Shown here: piece after piece, positions 35,111 through 42,758 of the stretch | How the letters are laid out: every line of letters begins with the position of its first letter | Numbering within the stretch: position 1 is the stretch's first letter | Origin: a virus | Taxonomy: Duplodnaviria > Caudoviricetes | IMG/VR virus record: IMGVR_UViG_3300049052_000082 | Coordinates: 1 to 42,758 of that record | Length of the DNA stretch: 42,758 nt | Reading direction: 5' to 3' (one strand) | Position numbers and translations under genes: made by a program | Notes under the pieces: generated by a model | What the model was told of the DNA's origin: nothing | Seen by the model: the letters and a program-made list of their open reading frames with translations, nothing else | The model's database searches: none

Positions 35111-35767
35111 ATGATGGAGCCAGAAGGCCGCGCGAAGCAGGCGAGGATGATCCGCGACGCTTTCCGCGAGCTTATGAAAGGGGTGCACACCTCAATTCCT
35201 GGGCACATCCTGACCTTCGACCCGGTTACCCAGCTTGCCCAGGTTCAGGTCGGTATCGTCAGGGTAGACATCAATGATGCCGAGTTCACGCGCAAGCCAA
35301 TAATCGAGACGCCGGTATATTTCCCTGGTGGGGATTATTGCGTTGAGTACCAAATCGACCCTGGTTGCGAGGGCAACATCCTCCTATCAGAACGCTGCAT
35401 TGATGGATGGGTCCAGAGCGGCGGGGTAGCTGCAAATCCAATAGGCCGCTTCCACAACCTGCAGGACGCCATGTTCCTGCCCGGGTTCAGGTCGCGCCCC
35501 AATGCGTTGCCCGACTTCCAAAACAACGGCGTGCGCATCCGTAATCGAGCCGGCACCCAATTCGTCTGGCTGAAGAACGACAACACAATCTCCATGGAGA
35601 ACGGCGCCGGCGTGTTTCAGCTGCTGGCCGATGGGTCGTTCCTGATCAATGGCCTGACCATCACGCCCGATGGAAACATCATCACCGCCGCCGGCGTGAA
35701 CCTGAACCTGCATATCCACAGCGGTGTAACGCCCGGATCGGGCAATAGCGGAGCGCCAGTGACATGA
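35111..35767 (+). CDS. Baseplate spike (gp138/gpV-like)
   Basis: T..PG.I..FDP, ERCID.W and C-terminal metal-binding HIHSGV. Confidence 0.9.
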   Translation: MMEPEGRAKQARMIRDAFRELMKGVHTSIPGHILTFDPVTQLAQVQVGIVRVDINDAEFTRKPIIETPVYFPGGDYCVEYQIDPGCEGNILLSERCIDGWVQSGGVAANPIGRFHNLQDAMFLPGFRSRPNALPDFQNNGVRIRNRAGTQFVWLKNDNTISMENGAGVFQLLADGSFLINGLTITPDGNIITAAGVNLNLHIHSGVTPGSGNSGAPVT

Positions 35768-36111
35768 CCGTTCGCAGACTGGACGAAAACGGCGACATCG
35801 TGACCCGGGGGCAGCAGTTCATCAGCGGCAAGGAAGAGATCGCGCAAACGGTCCTGACTCGGCTCCGCCTGTTCCTGGGCGAGTACTTCCGCGACATCAC
35901 CGATGGCACGCCGTGGTACGAGCAAATCCTTGGCAAGTTCACCAGCTTGTCGGCGGCCGAGGCAGCTCTCAGGGCGCGCATTGCCAATACCCCCGGCGTG
36001 ATCCGCCTCACCAGCTTCTCCGCTGACTTCGACATCACCACCCGCCGCTACAGCGTGACCGCTGGAATACTCACTGAGTTCGGCACGGACGAGGTAACAC
36101 TGAATGGCTAG
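35764..36111 (+). CDS. Baseplate wedge/sheath initiator (gp25/W-like)
   Basis: RRLD..GD and TRL.LF.GE.F.D...GTPW. Confidence 0.85.
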   Translation: MTVRRLDENGDIVTRGQQFISGKEEIAQTVLTRLRLFLGEYFRDITDGTPWYEQILGKFTSLSAAEAALRARIANTPGVIRLTSFSADFDITTRRYSVTAGILTEFGTDEVTLNG

Positions 36112-37324
36112 CCTGACCCCGACCGGCTATGTGCTACAGACGCAAAACGATTGGTTTGCCCAGGAGCGGCAGTTCTATGTGGATATCGATCCGCTCTGGA
36201 ACCTCGACTCCTCAACGCCAGACGGATTGAAGATGGCGCATGACGCCGAGATCTTCTACGCCCTGGACGAGACGTTGCAGCAGGCATACAACTCGAAGGA
36301 CCCGAACAAGGCGAAAGGGATTGATCTCGATATCGTTTGCTCACTAACAGGAACACTGCGGTCCAACGGATCGCCGTCGAGTGTCGAGCTGATCTTGACC
36401 GCAACGCCTGGCACCGTGATTTTTAAGGGCAACCGTTTCGAGTCCATCACCACTGGTAGTCGCTGGGCCACGGACCAGACCGTCACAGCTGACGGATCTG
36501 GGACTGTCACGGTCAATGCCACCTGCGCTGTCGTCGGCCCCACTCAGGCGGACGCAGGCACCATCACCCGCATCGTAGACGTAGTGGCCGGCCTGGCTTC
36601 GGTCAATAACCCCGCGCCAGCCACGCCAGGTACGGATCGGCAGCGCGACGAACCGCTGCGTGTGACCCGCGCCACGGCAGTGGGGCGCCCAGGGAACAAC
36701 CAGCTCGATTCGATGATCGGTGAATTGTTCAGCGTTTCAGGGGTTCGCAGGGTCAAGGTTTACGAGAACGACACGGGTAGCGCCGCAGTATCGGCTGACA
36801 ACCCGCACGGCCTTCCTGCGCACTCCATTGCGCCAATCATCGACGGCGGCACCGACGATGATATCGCCATGGCGATCTATCTGAAAAAAAACCCAGGGGC
36901 TCGCCTGTATCAGGCCGGGACGCCGTTCGAGGTCCTGGTGACTTCACCAAAATACCCGAACAACACAAAGCTGATCCGAGCCAGCCGGCCGATTTACGTC
37001 GACATGATCCCTGTTATCCACGTAGTGGACGACGGAACCTTGCCTCCGAACGCAGACCAGCTCATCAAAGAGGCGATGATGGAGTTCGCCGCCGGCGACC
37101 TGATTCCCGCCGATGTCGGCTTCAAGATTGACGGCTTCGATATTGGTGAGATCGTTCCGTTCAGCACGATCTTCACACCAGTCAATAAGGTGATTGGTTC
37201 GTACGGAGACAGCTACGTCGACATTCCTTCGTCCAGCCTAAACGGCGGACAGGCAAACGTAGCCATCGCCTACAACCAGATGTCCCGATGGACCGAGAGC
37301 AACATAACGGTGGTAATTGCATGA
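36104..37324 (+). CDS. Baseplate J/gp47-like wedge protein
   Basis: DP..A.G..LD, V.NP..A..G...E.D..LR and V.GV....YEN. Confidence 0.9.
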   Translation: MASLTPTGYVLQTQNDWFAQERQFYVDIDPLWNLDSSTPDGLKMAHDAEIFYALDETLQQAYNSKDPNKAKGIDLDIVCSLTGTLRSNGSPSSVELILTATPGTVIFKGNRFESITTGSRWATDQTVTADGSGTVTVNATCAVVGPTQADAGTITRIVDVVAGLASVNNPAPATPGTDRQRDEPLRVTRATAVGRPGNNQLDSMIGELFSVSGVRRVKVYENDTGSAAVSADNPHGLPAHSIAPIIDGGTDDDIAMAIYLKKNPGARLYQAGTPFEVLVTSPKYPNNTKLIRASRPIYVDMIPVIHVVDDGTLPPNADQLIKEAMMEFAAGDLIPADVGFKIDGFDIGEIVPFSTIFTPVNKVIGSYGDSYVDIPSSSLNGGQANVAIAYNQMSRWTESNITVVIA

Positions 37325-38496
37325 GCATCACTTATCGAGAAGGCCTTGGGCGCCCGCTGACATATTCCGAACTGGACGAGAACTTCAGAACGGTGGAGTC
37401 AATTACGAATTCCGCGTCCGCGTCGGCATCGACCGCTGAGGCTGCCAAAGCTGCTGCTGAAGCATCAGCAGCGGCCGCTGCCGCGAGTGCTGCCGCTGCC
37501 GGTGGAAAGGTCAGCCTGACAGGGAACGAAACGATAGCCGGCGTAAAAACGTTTTCGTCCAGCCCACTACTACCAACACCGATAGCCACCGATTCGACGA
37601 CAAAAGCACAGACCACCGCGGGCTCGCTTTCACAGATCCGATCGTTTGGATTTGGTGCTCAGGCATCGCCACCGGCAGTTGACTTGAACGTGGTTGATGT
37701 TGGCGGAGTCAGCGGTGTTTCAAGCGGAACCGCCAACCAGCCTATAGGGTATGCCAGCGGCTCTCTGTTGTTCAGAATGGTTTACAGCGCCACTGAAGAG
37801 TTTCAGTTGCTGGCCTCTCGAAACGTTACAGGCCGTTTTGCTGTCCGCAGGACCGTATCAGGGGTCGCAGGGTCTTGGGTTGAGCCCGTCCTGCCGACCG
37901 ATCTTGCCGCGCTCCCTCTAACAGCTTCGCTGTCACCTGGCACCGACAATAATCGAACGCTTGGCACCTCATCGCTGCGTTACTCCGTCGTCTATGCCGG
38001 TACTGGAACTATCAACACCTCGGATGCGCGGGAGAAAACTGAGGTTGTACCTCTCACCGATGCAGAGCTTCGCGCTGCGTGTGCTATGGCCAAAGAGATC
38101 GGAACCTACAAATGGCTCGAATCAGTTGCCGAAAAGGGCGAAGGATCTCGACTGCATATCGGCCTCACGGTTCAAAGGGCCGTCGAAATCATGGAGTCGG
38201 AGAGCCTAGATCCATTCGCCTACGGTTTCATATGCTACGACGCGTGGGATGAGACTTATGTCGATCATCCTGAAGAACGAGAGTTCATCGAAGTTCCAGC
38301 GGAATATGACGCGGACGGTAACGAGACCTCGGCGGCTCATATGAAAGAAGGGGACGTAATTAAGGAAGCGTGGCGGGAACTCAAAGCCCCTGCTGGCAAC
38401 CGCTACGGGTTCAGGCACGACGAGCTGAGCCTATTTATCGCAGCCGGATTCAATGAGCGCTTAGCGATAATCGAGAGAACGATAGGCGGGGGTTAG
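37321..38496 (+). CDS. Accessory fibre with a C-terminal intramolecular chaperone (S74-like)
   Basis: Start ATG 37321 (ATGA overlap); RPLTYSELDENF N-terminus, Ala-rich stalk, ETIAGVKTFSSSP fibre repeat, TSDAREK cleavage motif, HIG..VQ and YG.R.DEL. Confidence 0.85.
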   Translation: MSITYREGLGRPLTYSELDENFRTVESITNSASASASTAEAAKAAAEASAAAAAASAAAAGGKVSLTGNETIAGVKTFSSSPLLPTPIATDSTTKAQTTAGSLSQIRSFGFGAQASPPAVDLNVVDVGGVSGVSSGTANQPIGYASGSLLFRMVYSATEEFQLLASRNVTGRFAVRRTVSGVAGSWVEPVLPTDLAALPLTASLSPGTDNNRTLGTSSLRYSVVYAGTGTINTSDAREKTEVVPLTDAELRAACAMAKEIGTYKWLESVAEKGEGSRLHIGLTVQRAVEIMESESLDPFAYGFICYDAWDETYVDHPEEREFIEVPAEYDADGNETSAAHMKEGDVIKEAWRELKAPAGNRYGFRHDELSLFIAAGFNERLAIIERTIGGG

Positions 38497-38498
38497 CC

Positions 38499-39188
38499 AT
38501 GTACTTCATCGCATATGCGGTAGAGCCTGGATATGTCGTTTCGCCAATCTGGAAAACCGATCGCATCTATGCGCAGTATCGCGACAAGCCTAACGCCGTT
38601 GCGTGGTACGAGATCGCCAGGAAACTTGGCGGAAGTCTTGAAAGTGCGGCGGAAGCAGTTCGAAGAAGCTATGACATCGATACCGCTGAAAATGAACAAC
38701 TCAACGTGATAGGCAGGATCGTTGTAGCGCCTCGCAGTTTTGTGGGCTCGATGCCAATGAACCCTGGCATGTTTGATCTAACCGACGGGTCGGAGTTCGG
38801 TGACGACGAAGCGATGTTCAGTGCCTTGACGATCGACCAGGATGGGCAGCTTTCAGACGAGCTTTACCGCCTAGTCATCAAGGCCAAGATCATCAAAAAC
38901 AACGGCGACGCAACCATAGAAAACATCCTCGACGGGATGAATTTCTTGCTCCCGCACGCAGAGGTTTTGCGTGTGACCGATGGCGAAGACATGTCGTTCA
39001 GCATCGAGTTCTATGGGCAGATTTCAAATCTTGAGCGGTTTGCACTACTCAATGCCGGCCTTGTTCCGAAGCCGCAGGCAGTTAGATTCAATGGATTCCT
39101 TGAGGGGTTCGAAATGTTCGAGTTCGGTGATTTGGATGCCGAGTTCGGTGACGAAATCGCAGAATTTGCAGGATATATAGGTGAATAA
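38499..39188 (+). CDS. Baseplate wedge protein (DUF2612-like)
   Basis: RIYAQY...P, DID.A...QL.VIGRIV, L.D..YR..IKAKI..N and D..DMS. Confidence 0.88.
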   Translation: MYFIAYAVEPGYVVSPIWKTDRIYAQYRDKPNAVAWYEIARKLGGSLESAAEAVRRSYDIDTAENEQLNVIGRIVVAPRSFVGSMPMNPGMFDLTDGSEFGDDEAMFSALTIDQDGQLSDELYRLVIKAKIIKNNGDATIENILDGMNFLLPHAEVLRVTDGEDMSFSIEFYGQISNLERFALLNAGLVPKPQAVRFNGFLEGFEMFEFGDLDAEFGDEIAEFAGYIGE

Positions 39189-39190
39189 CG

Positions 39191-40180
39191 ATGGCACTGA
39201 AGCTTAACGAACGCTACCCGGGTCGGTTCAATAACCCATCCGCTGACTACCCTCAGGGCTCATTCAAGAACAGAACTAGCCCCACCGCCAAGGATGGCTC
39301 CTATCTTGAGCAGGATTGGGCAAACGATAAGGAAGGATTCTTTCAATCTCTCTTATCCTCCGCTGGTATTGTGTCAAATGGTACCGTAGACAAAGTCGGC
39401 GCCTCACAGTACATGGATGCTCTGGCATTGGTAACACGGAAGACGAGCGCCGGTGTCGTTGGCCAGGCTCGCAACGCTAGAATGTCGGTTGCTGCCGCCT
39501 CTGCGACAGCATCCTTTACCGCTGATGAAGTAATCGTTGAAACCGCGCTCGGCGGGATTCGTTACTGCCTGACTAGCTTCAACAAGACGATCAACTTAGC
39601 CACTGTTGGCGCTGGCGGCATGGATACCGGGGCAGCGCCAGCGAGCGGATTCGTTGGGATTTACGCGATATATAACCCGACCACTGGCGTATCCGCGCTC
39701 CTGGCTGTAAACGCAACCGCAGGAGTCGTGCCAGAAGTTTATGGCGGCGCAAATATGCCCGCTGGCTACACTGCATCTGCATTGGTCAGTGTTTGGGGGA
39801 CGTCATCATCCCTGCTAAAAATAGGCTCCCAATCAGACCGCCGCGTTGACACTGTGAATAGCACTGTGCTCTCTTCCACTACTCCTAGCACAACGCCAGC
39901 AGCGCTATCGGTGTCCGCCGTAGTGCCCCCTAACGCAAAAATCGCACGCACAGCATGGTCTTGCGTCCAAGGCACAGCAGGAATCGGTGTGTCCCTGGTA
40001 GTGGCGTCTTCTAGCTCTAATATCGGAGCAATTGGCGTGTCTTCTGCCAATACTTCTGGCACGGGTCAGGGGAGCATTGTTGCAGAGATACAAATGGTAG
40101 CGCCGCAAACTATCTACTACTTCAATGCAAGTACCGCAGCTACAACCAACAGCATTACCATTGTGGGTTATATTTTCTGA
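39191..40180 (+). CDS. Tail fibre protein
   Basis: Follows the wedge gene; YP.GSFKN...DG..L...W.ND..GF anchor; INL...GAGGMDTG.AP..G.V.IYAIYNP. Confidence 0.85.
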   Translation: MALKLNERYPGRFNNPSADYPQGSFKNRTSPTAKDGSYLEQDWANDKEGFFQSLLSSAGIVSNGTVDKVGASQYMDALALVTRKTSAGVVGQARNARMSVAAASATASFTADEVIVETALGGIRYCLTSFNKTINLATVGAGGMDTGAAPASGFVGIYAIYNPTTGVSALLAVNATAGVVPEVYGGANMPAGYTASALVSVWGTSSSLLKIGSQSDRRVDTVNSTVLSSTTPSTTPAALSVSAVVPPNAKIARTAWSCVQGTAGIGVSLVVASSSSNIGAIGVSSANTSGTGQGSIVAEIQMVAPQTIYYFNASTAATTNSITIVGYIF

Positions 40181-40188
40181 GGTGTTAT

Positions 40189-40548
40189 ATGTACGTACAA
40201 TTTTCTGATGATCAGCATACTACAATACGGTCCGTGTTCGCCGGACCCCAGGACCAAGAAGTTTATCCTAATCAAGGTGAAGTGAGTGACGACGACGCGC
40301 GATATTTGGCGTTCATTGCCAGCACTCTCCCTCCCGCGCTTGATCAATCAGATATTGCCGCCGCTCAACGCGACGCTCTTCTAGCCTTTGCCGCTATCCG
40401 CATAGCTCCTTTGCAAGATGCTATTGACCTCGATGAAGCTACAGCCGAAGAAATTGCCGGTCTCAAGGAATGGAAGCAGTACCGCATAGCGCTGAATCGA
40501 CTTGATCTTACGACCAATATTGTTGATTGGCCGTTAGCCCCTAAGTAA
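40189..40548 (+). CDS. Tail fibre assembly chaperone
   Basis: IAPLQDA.DL.EAT..E...L..WK.YR.AL.R...WP..P. Confidence 0.9.
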   Translation: MYVQFSDDQHTTIRSVFAGPQDQEVYPNQGEVSDDDARYLAFIASTLPPALDQSDIAAAQRDALLAFAAIRIAPLQDAIDLDEATAEEIAGLKEWKQYRIALNRLDLTTNIVDWPLAPK

Positions 40549-40625
40549 CCAATCACTTTGAAAGTGCATGCCGATCGGTTGCTTCTGATCGCTTTCGAAA
40601 TGTATGTGTTACTGTCATAACAAAC

Positions 40626-40832
40626 CTACCACTGGCTGTCCTGTAGATATTGCTGGGCACACCAATTCTTTAGTTCATCCTCCAGCCTTTCGTCCATGTA
40701 AGTTCCATTCTTGTTTTTTGATGTGTCTGGCCTCGGATTTCTGTATTTCAGTACCTCGGCTTCAAAGTCGTTACGATAGATGCTCTCTATCGTTTTAACC
40801 GCAAACAGATGTTTAAAAAACTTCCGCAGCAT
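40626..40832 (-). CDS. AT-rich antisense-oriented moron ORF
   Basis: AGGAG SD; lies in a visibly AT-rich insert (about 40550-40940). Confidence 0.55.
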   Translation of the reverse strand: MLRKFFKHLFAVKTIESIYRNDFEAEVLKYRNPRPDTSKNKNGTYMDERLEDELKNWCAQQYLQDSQW

Positions 40833-40942
40833 TAGATTTCTCCTGTCTCAATTCGTAAGTCCATATAAGGCATATGTGCGTGGTAGTTAGGTATTAAACC
40901 TAGCATAGTTAACCAGTGCCTGTTTCTTAATGAGAATATATT

Positions 40943-41368
40943 ATGACACCAAGTGATAAAGATCGCGACATCCTCGCGCGCACGCTGTACGGAGAGGCCA
41001 GGGGTGAAGGTTTCGCCGGCCAGGTGGCCGTGGCCTGCGTGATCCGCAACCGCGTGAACGATGGCAAGGACCGTTCGTGGTGGGGCGAAGGCTACGCCGT
41101 GGTTTGCCTGAAGCCATACCAGTTCAGTTGCTGGAACAAGAACGACCCGAACTATCCCTACCTGAGCGGTGCCAAGGAGATTCCGCCGAAGCAGTTCGCC
41201 CAGGCGCAGCGGGCGGCGGATCTGGTGATCTCCGGAGCCGAGCCTGACATCACCAAAGGCGCGACCCACTACTACGCGACCACGATGCCGAAGCCTCCGG
41301 CGTGGGCTAAGGGCGCAACTGAGACATTCCGCCTCGGGCACCACATTTTCTTCAAGGACGTGCCATGA
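40943..41368 (+). CDS. Endolysin, SleB/Hydrolase_2 family
   Basis: LARTLYGEARGE...GQ.AVA.VI.NR, QFSCWN, GATHY and H.FF. Confidence 0.92.
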   Translation: MTPSDKDRDILARTLYGEARGEGFAGQVAVACVIRNRVNDGKDRSWWGEGYAVVCLKPYQFSCWNKNDPNYPYLSGAKEIPPKQFAQAQRAADLVISGAEPDITKGATHYYATTMPKPPAWAKGATETFRLGHHIFFKDVP

Positions 41369-41877
41369 GTCCCCCAAGCCTGAAGCTCCTGATCGCAGGT
41401 GTGGTTGTGGCGTTGATCTTGGCGATTAGCGCGACCTGGCAGGTGCAGAACTGGCGGTACAGCGGTCGACTGGCAGAACAGGCCAACGCCCATCTATCCG
41501 ACCTGGCCAAGATCGGCAGTGCGGCAGCGGACCAGGTCAAGGCCGAGCAGGGCAAGCGCCTGGCCCTGGAACAGCGGCTGACCGCCAACGACCAAACCCA
41601 CCACAAGGAACTGAGCGATGTCCAACGCAATCAAGATCGTCTGCGCGATCGCCTTGCCACTGCTGATGTCCGGCTGTCAGTCCTCCTTGCCGAGGATCCA
41701 GCCAGTGGCTGCGCAGTGCCTGCCACCGCCGGCGCCGGCGGCTTGGTTCATGGAAGACCAAGAGCCCAACTTGACCCAGCGCATGCTCAAAGAATTATCG
41801 CCATCACCGACGCCGGCGACCGGGGATTGATCGCGCTGCGGGCGTGCCAGGCCTACGTCAGGTCATTGGGTCAGTAA
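41365..41877 (+). CDS. Rz: i-spanin
   Basis: N-terminal TM, coiled coil, C-terminal L.ACQAYV. Confidence 0.9.
   Translation: MSPPSLKLLIAGVVVALILAISATWQVQNWRYSGRLAEQANAHLSDLAKIGSAAADQVKAEQGKRLALEQRLTANDQTHHKELSDVQRNQDRLRDRLATADVRLSVLLAEDPASGCAVPATAGAGGLVHGRPRAQLDPAHAQRIIAITDAGDRGLIALRACQAYVRSLGQ
41618..41830 (+). CDS. Rz1: o-spanin lipoprotein embedded in Rz
   Basis: +1 frame; AAGGA SD; lipobox LMSG-C; Pro-rich mature part. Confidence 0.85.
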   Translation: MSNAIKIVCAIALPLLMSGCQSSLPRIQPVAAQCLPPPAPAAWFMEDQEPNLTQRMLKELSPSPTPATGD

Positions 41878-41930
41878 CGTTCGGCAAATAGCCGTTGATC
41901 GGCGCCAGTTGAACGCGGGCATGTCGGTTA

Positions 41931-41958
41931 TCGATACTGTGCTTTTGTCCAGTATCGA
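41931..41958 (+). promoter_or_regulatory. LexA (SOS) box
   Basis: TACTG-tgcttttgtc-CAGTA (CTG-N10-CAG at 41937-41952) within a longer palindrome, 13 nt before ATG 41966. Confidence 0.7.
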
Positions 41959-41965
41959 GACCAGC

Positions 41966-42259
41966 ATGAAGTTTTTGATCGTCCCGCGCCGGGTGCTCGG
42001 CGTAGCCATTCCCAAAGAACAGTTGAGAGACGTTCAGCCTGTGAGTGGCGATATCGTCATCAGCGAGTGCCACAACGAAGACCTGGGCCGATCGTCTGTC
42101 AGCGCCCAGGTTTACAAGACCAACTCAGGTCCGGACATCCTCCCGCCACTGCTTGACGTACGGATCACGGGCATGGCACAGAACGGTATGAGCCTGAGCG
42201 GGGTTGAGAAGGTCGGCGATGCGTTTTATGCGCAGTCTTGGTGGTGCAGGGTGGAATAG
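41966..42259 (+). CDS. Hypothetical protein, probably SOS-regulated
   Basis: MKFLIVPRR...YAQSWWCR; downstream of the LexA box. Confidence 0.7.
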   Translation: MKFLIVPRRVLGVAIPKEQLRDVQPVSGDIVISECHNEDLGRSSVSAQVYKTNSGPDILPPLLDVRITGMAQNGMSLSGVEKVGDAFYAQSWWCRVE

Positions 42260-42311
42260 GGGATTGTGTTCGTTCGGCAGGACGCCGGAGGAGGGGGTGC
42301 CAAAAAGGCTT

Positions 42312-42332
42312 AGTGACTTTCCGAGTGACTTT
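42312..42332 (+). repeat. Integrase arm-type site candidates
   Basis: Direct repeat AGTGACTTT at 42312 and 42324, about 90 bp inside the att core. Confidence 0.55.
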
Positions 42333-42421
42333 GTAAAACGCGGTTGCGCACAGTTGGGCATCGTTGCAGCGAGCGCCAGGCGCGAAGCCTCTGGTTTGGC
42401 GGGCTGTAGGTCAGTCCGCTT

Positions 42422-42468
42422 GCATGGGGTGCTAGGGGTCGAGTGTTCGAATCACTCCGTCCCGACCA
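42422..42468 (+). other. attR core: duplicated 3' half of tRNA-Pro(GGG)
   Basis: GCATGGGGTGCTAG anticodon arm, T arm GAGTG-TTCGAAT-CACTC, acceptor 3' strand and CCA; 5' half absent. Confidence 0.9.
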
Positions 42469-42484
42469 TATTTTTCAATGACTT

Positions 42485-42512
42485 AGCCCAACTTTTACGA
42501 GTTGGGCTTTTT
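42485..42512 (+). terminator. Terminator downstream of the tRNA site
   Basis: AGCCCAACT-ttacg-AGTTGGGCT followed by a T run. Confidence 0.75.
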
Positions 42513-42540
42513 CATGGGCGTGACTTTTACGGGACTCCGT

Positions 42541-42568
42541 CCCGGCTCCTCAGCCGGGCTTTTATTTT
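42541..42568. terminator. Second hairpin between att and the host gene
   Basis: CCCGGCT-cctc-AGCCGGG followed by T-rich sequence. Confidence 0.55.
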
Positions 42569-42580
42569 CCGCGGTAGACC

Positions 42581-42758
42581 TCATTTCCCCCCAGTCACAT
42601 CAAGAAACGTCCCCGTCACAAACGATGCCTCCCCACTCGCCAGCCATAGAATGGCCCGCGCCACTTCCTCCGGTTGGCCGCCACGCCCCATCGGGATGGA
42701 GTCCTTGACGCGATCGACCCGTCCCGGCTCGCCGCCGCTGGCGTGCATGTCGGTGTAG
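42581..42758 (-). CDS. Host short-chain dehydrogenase/reductase, 3' end
   Basis: Manual: ...[58 protein letters not shown], a typical SDR C-terminus. Confidence 0.88.
   Translation of the reverse strand, partial: YTDMHASGGEPGRVDRVKDSIPMGRGGQPEEVARAILWLASGEASFVTGTFLDVTGGK

Larger units (their letters stand above)
1..42468. mobile_element. Temperate prophage (lambdoid regulation, contractile tail); left end outside window, right end at tRNA-Pro attR
   Basis: Ordered early-left, cI/cro, replication, Q, packaging, head, tail and lysis modules, ending in a tRNA 3'-half duplication followed by a host gene. Confidence 0.97.

Noticed and set aside
37321-40548. Diversity-generating retroelement or invertible fibre cassette
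   Set aside because: No reverse transcriptase, invertase, TR/VR pair or flanking inverted sites seen
42390-42468. Intact tRNA-Pro gene
   Set aside because: The 5' acceptor strand and D arm are missing; only the att duplication is present
42204-42758. 184-aa plus-strand ORF
   Set aside because: Crosses att and terminators and is antisense to the SDR gene
1-42758. CRISPR array or IS element
   Set aside because: No regularly spaced repeats or transposase found by eye

Overview
The window is almost entirely a temperate, lambdoid-organised prophage with a contractile (myovirus-type) tail. Gene content and the tRNA-Pro att sequence point to a Pseudomonas host (inference). Left to right: (1) the leftward pL early operon, with a 5mC methyltransferase cut off by the window edge, an N4C/N6A methyltransferase, an HNH homing endonuclease, a YqaJ/lambda-type exonuclease, a putative annealase, many small ORFs and a structured non-coding block; (2) the immunity region, with cI, cro and two sets of three 17-bp TTTAGC-N5-GCTAAA operators; (3) replication (initiator with iterons, DnaB), the nin region and Q; (4) holin genes, terminase, head, neck, sheath/tube, a tail chaperone with a -1 frameshift site, tape measure, baseplate and fibres; (5) endolysin with Rz/Rz1, a LexA-boxed terminal gene and attR (duplicated 3' half of tRNA-Pro GGG); (6) the 3' end of a host SDR gene. 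The integrase and attL lie outside the window to the left. Best candidates for novelty: an extra chaperone-bearing fibre gene between the two baseplate wedge genes, accompanied by an aromatic N-terminal extension on the downstream wedge protein (possible plug-in fibre plus docking tag); two overlapping reading frames sharing one RBS at the 5mC methyltransferase; three dispersed copies of a spaced palindrome; a multi-hairpin RNA block in the pL operon; a secreted moron directly after the virion lytic transglycosylase; and -AA C-termini restricted to early proteins. All family assignments come from motif recognition and synteny, not database searches.
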